32,000 nucleotides of DNA from Candidatus Hermodarchaeota archaeon (lineage in GTDB: Archaea > Asgardarchaeota > Heimdallarchaeia > Hodarchaeales > Hodarchaeaceae): contig JBHLKY010000020.1 of NCBI GenBank assembly GCA_048886185.1, positions 1 through 32,000 on the forward strand. Reading direction: 5' to 3'. Both the position numbers and the translations under genes were made by a program. Positions 28,533 to 32,000 of the stretch are shown here, piece by piece (position 1 is the stretch's first letter; each line of letters starts with the position of its first letter). The notes beneath the pieces are model-generated. The model saw nothing but the letters and a program-made list of their open reading frames with translations. It made no database searches and was not told the origin of the DNA.

Positions 28533-28569
28533 AAGGATGAATTAATGGGATTCATCCTTATTTTTTTTT
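28533..28569 (+). terminator. Hairpin plus T-tract after the M42 peptidase
   Basis: Perfect 10-bp inverted repeat AAGGATGAAT (28533-28542) / ATTCATCCTT (28550-28559) with a 7-nt loop, followed by T9 (28561-28569), immediately after the stop codon. Confidence 0.65.
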
Positions 28570-28623
28570 CTTCCCACCTCAAGGGTTTTCAATGAAGTAA
28601 AGATCAAAGAAATTACCCAGCTC

Positions 28624-29751
28624 TTGGAATCTATTCACATGAAACTCAATAGCTCTAATATTAGATGGATCATGAAATTAACAAAACCAGAGCGAGATAA
28701 AGGGTATACACGAACATTTTACTCGTACCCAGCAAAGTTTCAAGCGAAATTACCAAGAGGATTGATTGAACGATTTACTACTGAGGGAGATCTTGTTCTA
28801 GATCCATTTGTAGGAGGGGGAACTACTGGATTAGAAGCAATGCTTCTAGATAGAAGATTTCTTGGATATGACATCAATCCATTTGCAATTCTCGTTTCTA
28901 GTGTAAAAACTACCTATCTTGATTCTAATATCTTAAAAGCTTATCTTGTAACAATACTTTCACAAGTAAGTGAAACGATAGACCCTAAATGCGATATTCT
29001 AGATTATGAGGATAAAGTATGCCTCGGATCTTCGATTTCAAATGAAATTAATTCTATTTTTGCAATGATTTCAACCATTTCTAAGGAGCTTTCTTTTAAA
29101 CAATTTTTTGAACTAGCTCTTATCCATTCCATCAAAATTGTTGGAAGAAGGGATTTTGAAATCAAAAATAAAAATATCTCTATTATTCCAATCTTTGAAC
29201 GTAAAGCAAGTAAAATGATACGAGAAATTTCATCCCTTCCACGAAGCCCTAAATTTACCCCCGTTTTTAAATTGGCTTCAAACCAATATATGGAACAAGA
29301 AAATGACTCAGTTGACTTAATAGTGACTTCACCTCCCTATAAAGACAAGGACATTGAATATCAAAAAGTTCAGATCCAAAGACGATCTTTGAGGAAGTCA
29401 AAACGATCTGATGTGATTTCTAATATACTGAAAATCAATCCTCTTTCAAAAATAGAACTCTGTTGGACTGGTAGATCTGGAAGAAATTATTGGGAGAACA
29501 GTCTAAAATCACTGAAAGAGTGTTACCGACTGCTTAAACCTCTTAAATATGCCTTTTTTTGGCTTGGTTTCAAAAATACATCTGATATACAAACATTTGA
29601 ATTACAGTTAACAAAGGTAGGTTTTCAAGTTTTAAAGTCAATTCGAGTGAGATTAAGCGATGATCGTGCTGCTTCAGGGCGTTCAACTCATCATGGAAAA
29701 TCAACAGGAATGATGAGTCATGATTACCTTTTTACCGTTGGAAAAGAATAG
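28624..29751 (+). CDS. Amino DNA methyltransferase, probably N4-cytosine, alpha-type motif order
   Basis: YSYPAKF, then motif I VLDPFVGGGTT near the N-terminus and motif IV DLIVTSPPY after the variable region. The start is TTG 28624 or ATG 28639. Confidence 0.85.
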   Translation: MESIHMKLNSSNIRWIMKLTKPERDKGYTRTFYSYPAKFQAKLPRGLIERFTTEGDLVLDPFVGGGTTGLEAMLLDRRFLGYDINPFAILVSSVKTTYLDSNILKAYLVTILSQVSETIDPKCDILDYEDKVCLGSSISNEINSIFAMISTISKELSFKQFFELALIHSIKIVGRRDFEIKNKNISIIPIFERKASKMIREISSLPRSPKFTPVFKLASNQYMEQENDSVDLIVTSPPYKDKDIEYQKVQIQRRSLRKSKRSDVISNILKINPLSKIELCWTGRSGRNYWENSLKSLKECYRLLKPLKYAFFWLGFKNTSDIQTFELQLTKVGFQVLKSIRVRLSDDRAASGRSTHHGKSTGMMSHDYLFTVGKE

Positions 29752-29766
29752 AGAATGAAGGCTTTA

Positions 29767-30099
29767 TTACCCATAGAAGGATGGTGGTTCTTCTTCTTCC
29801 TTTTTAACAGGACGTCCTAATTGGATCTCTCCATGCATATTTTCAAATCGTTTTACGTGTTCAATCATCCAAAGAGCCATTCTTTTGAAAACTGCAGGAC
29901 TCATTCTGACGGTAACTACAAAATTATGTTCAATTGTATCTAAGATGATCTGTCCTGGTCTATCACTTTCTCGTGGAATAAGTTGATCCTGAAAGAAGCT
30001 TATATTTCCCTCATTGGGATTAACTCCACCAAAAAAACCTGAAATAGCGAAACTCGGTACGTCTTCAAATTTCACTTTAATAATTGGTTGTTTGTGCAT
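29767..30099 (-). CDS. DUF3467-like small protein
   Basis: The pattern ...ISFFQ...VTVRMSPAVFKRMALWMIEHVKRFENMHGEI resembles DUF3467 (recognised by eye). Confidence 0.65.
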   Translation of the reverse strand: MHKQPIIKVKFEDVPSFAISGFFGGVNPNEGNISFFQDQLIPRESDRPGQIILDTIEHNFVVTVRMSPAVFKRMALWMIEHVKRFENMHGEIQLGRPVKKEEEEPPSFYG

Positions 30100-30241
30100 T
30101 TTCTTTCCCTTCTATTCATGTAATCCAATTTTACCTCTGTACATTAAACTCTTTTCAGTTATGGATTTTTATGAGTCTAACAAAGAAGCAGTGAACATGT
30201 TAAATTTGGATGATAACTAGTTAGAATTTATCACTGAATTA

Positions 30242-30249
30242 TTATATAT
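30242..30249 (+). promoter_or_regulatory. Candidate archaeal TATA box for the APC permease (possibly leaderless transcript)
   Basis: TTATATAT ends 22 nt upstream of the ATG at 30272, the spacing expected when transcription starts at or near the ATG. The AT-rich background makes this weak. Confidence 0.3.
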
Positions 30250-30271
30250 CATTAATTGATGTTGAAGATCC

Positions 30272-32000
30272 ATGGCCCCAATTCCTGATATGCTATTTGG
30301 TTTACTGTTAATAGCTATCTCTCTTTTTATTATCATTGGATTAATCGCCTACTCGTTAATACAAGTGGTATTCTTAAGTAGGAAACGTTTTATTCTTGAG
30401 CCTAAACCATATAAAGGGCAAGATACCGTTCTAAATGGTGCAGATCTATCAAGGGATATGACAGTAACTCAAGCAACAATGACTGGTGTTGGAGCTATGA
30501 TTGGTGCAGGTATATTTGTACTTACTGGAATTGCCGCAGGAATTGCAGGTCCAGGATTATTGGTTGCTTTTGCTTTTAATGGATTAATTGCAACCTTAAT
30601 TGCAATGGTTTATGCTGAACTTGGCTCTGCAATACCTGAAGCTGGTGGAGGCTACATTTGGGCACGCGCAGGTTTAGGGGAAACTCAAGGATTCTATTCT
30701 GGATGGATGAGCTGGTTTGCAGCGGCTGTAGCAGGTTCATTATATGCACTCGGTTTTGGTGCGTATTTTGTTGCATTTCTTGTTAATCTAGGGATTAATA
30801 TCCCTAATGAACATATATTTTTTGTAGAAAAGGGAATCGGGGTAACAGCTATCATTTTATTCATCCTCATCAATCAGTTTGGATCTTCGGTTATGGGAAA
30901 AGCAGAAACATGGATATCTGGATTAAAAGTATTAATTCTTGGCTTTTTTATCTTTACAGGATTAATAATTATGATTCTAAATCCTTCTCAAACCTCATTA
31001 AACTTCGTAGATTTTTTTCCAAGAGGATTTTTTTCCATTTTCACCGCCATGGGATTTACTTTTATTGCATTTGAAGGATATGAAGTTGTATGTCAAACTG
31101 GAGAGGAGATTTATGATCCAAAAACTAGTATCCCAAAATCTGTTCTTCTCTCAGTTTTAATAGTCATCCCTATCTATCTACTTGTAGGTATGGTCTCTCT
31201 TGGAGCATTCGTAGTAGAAGGACAAACAAATTGGGAATTTTTAAGCGAAAACAAGGAATTAGGTCTATTATTTGCTGCTCAACAGATGATACCTGGACTA
31301 GGATTGGTTGTTATTCTATTTGGAGGAATCTTATCAACATTATCAGCATTAAATGCAACTATTTATTCTTCCACTCGTGTAGCTTTTGCACTAGCAAGAG
31401 ACGGATCGTTACCACCCCAATTAGGAGCAGTTTCAAAGAAATGGCATACTCCAATAAATTCGATTTACACAACAGGGTTGGTAGTTATCATCATGGCTAT
31501 TATAATTCCTATTGAAGCTGTAGCGACCTCAGCTGACATAATGTTTATGATACTCTTCGGACAAGTCATGATTTCAGCCATTTTAATCCGAAAACGGGTG
31601 AGACTATCAAAAGAGAAGCTAGATTATGGCTACGAAACTCCACTATTCCCTTTGATTCCTCTTTTAGGTGGAATAGCTCTTTTAATCATCTTCATGTTCA
31701 CATTATTCCTTCATTTTGAGGCATTTTTTACAACATTGATATGGCTATTGATTGGAACAGGACTCTATATTAGTTATGCTCGAAAAAGAACCCCAATGCA
31801 AGCCCCTCAGAAATTAATAAAACATATCAGGCCCCGAGCTGATTATATACCTGAAGCATTTTTTACTACGGTATTGAATAATATCTTAGTTCCAGTAAGA
31901 GGGAAACCATTTGAATGGGATACACTTAGAATAGCGATACATATTGCGCATGAATTTGGACCAAAAGTGACGTTGTATCATTTTGGATACGAAAAAGAAG
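30272..32000 (+). CDS. APC-superfamily amino acid permease with C-terminal USP-like domain, 3'-truncated by the window edge (absent from ORF track)
   Basis: ATG at 30272 with an in-frame TGA three codons upstream. Motifs GAMIGAGIF, YAELGSAIPEAGGGY and FIAFEGYE..CQTGEE..DP..SIP. After the last TM helix, NNILVPVRG resembles a universal stress protein N-terminus. Ends were translated by hand and the frame spot-checked. Confidence 0.9.
   Translation, partial: MAPIPDMLFGLLLIAISLFIIIGLIAYSLIQVVFLSRKRFILEPKPYKGQDTVLNGADLSRDMTVTQATMTGVGAMIGAGIFVLTGIAAGIAGPGLLVAFAFNGLIATLIAMVYAELGSAIPEAGGGYIWARAGLGETQGFYSGWMSWFAAAVAGSLYALGFGAYFVAFLVNLGINIPNEHIFFVEKGIGVTAIILFILINQFGSSVMGKAETWISGLKVLILGFFIFTGLIIMILNPSQTSLNFVDFFPRGFFSIFTAMGFTFIAFEGYEVVCQTGEEIYDPKTSIPKSVLLSVLIVIPIYLLVGMVSLGAFVVEGQTNWEFLSENKELGLLFAAQQMIPGLGLVVILFGGILSTLSALNATIYSSTRVAFALARDGSLPPQLGAVSKKWHTPINSIYTTGLVVIIMAIIIPIEAVATSADIMFMILFGQVMISAILIRKRVRLSKEKLDYGYETPLFPLIPLLGGIALLIIFMFTLFLHFEAFFTTLIWLLIGTGLYISYARKRTPMQAPQKLIKHIRPRADYIPEAFFTTVLNNILVPVRGKPFEWDTLRIAIHIAHEFGPKVTLYHFGYEKE

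Noticed and set aside
873-31515. Short track ORFs nested in or antisense to long genes (e.g. 873-1256, 1540-1728, 3879-4097, 6156-6569, 7819-8016, 9443-9625, 10255-10437, 13412-13671, 15533-15757, 17979-18245, 20176-20490, 22095-24524 set, 26533-26733, 27713-27968, 30014-30220, 30576-30776, 31231-31515)
   Set aside because: They overlap well-supported genes and have no motifs, so they are shadow ORFs. 30576-30776 and 31231-31515 lie inside the APC permease that the track missed.
1-32000. CRISPR array, IS element, integrase, rRNA or tRNA
   Set aside because: I saw no regularly spaced repeats, transposase or integrase motifs, or GC-rich structured RNA segment. The intergenic gaps are short and AT-rich. 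This was inspection by eye only.

Overview
AT-rich, gene-dense archaeal chromosomal window. The host is most likely an Asgard archaeon (inference from a Rag-type GTPase with a C-terminal roadblock domain, type II Met aminopeptidase, homodimer-type GlyRS and M42 peptidase). About 25 CDS are supported. They cover housekeeping and metabolism (map, glyS, agmatinase, proline-dehydrogenase-like flavoprotein pair, GH13, CorA, AKR, M42 peptidase, APC permease), an iscS-like/iscU/tusA operon, and several possible defence or DNA-modification genes (OLD-type ATPase-TOPRIM nuclease, two orphan DNA methyltransferases, ADP-ribosylglycohydrolase). I saw no tRNA, rRNA, CRISPR array or transposase. Best leads: (1) an IscS homologue lacking the PLP-binding lysine but keeping the mobile-loop Cys, in an operon with IscU and TusA; (2) a Rag-like GTPase-roadblock protein lacking the G3 motif; (3) a 46-aa zinc-finger microprotein missed by the ORF track; (4) a DNA methyltransferase translationally coupled to an ADP-ribosylglycohydrolase; (5) a probable CTG start codon. 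All family calls come from motif recognition by eye, not from database searches.
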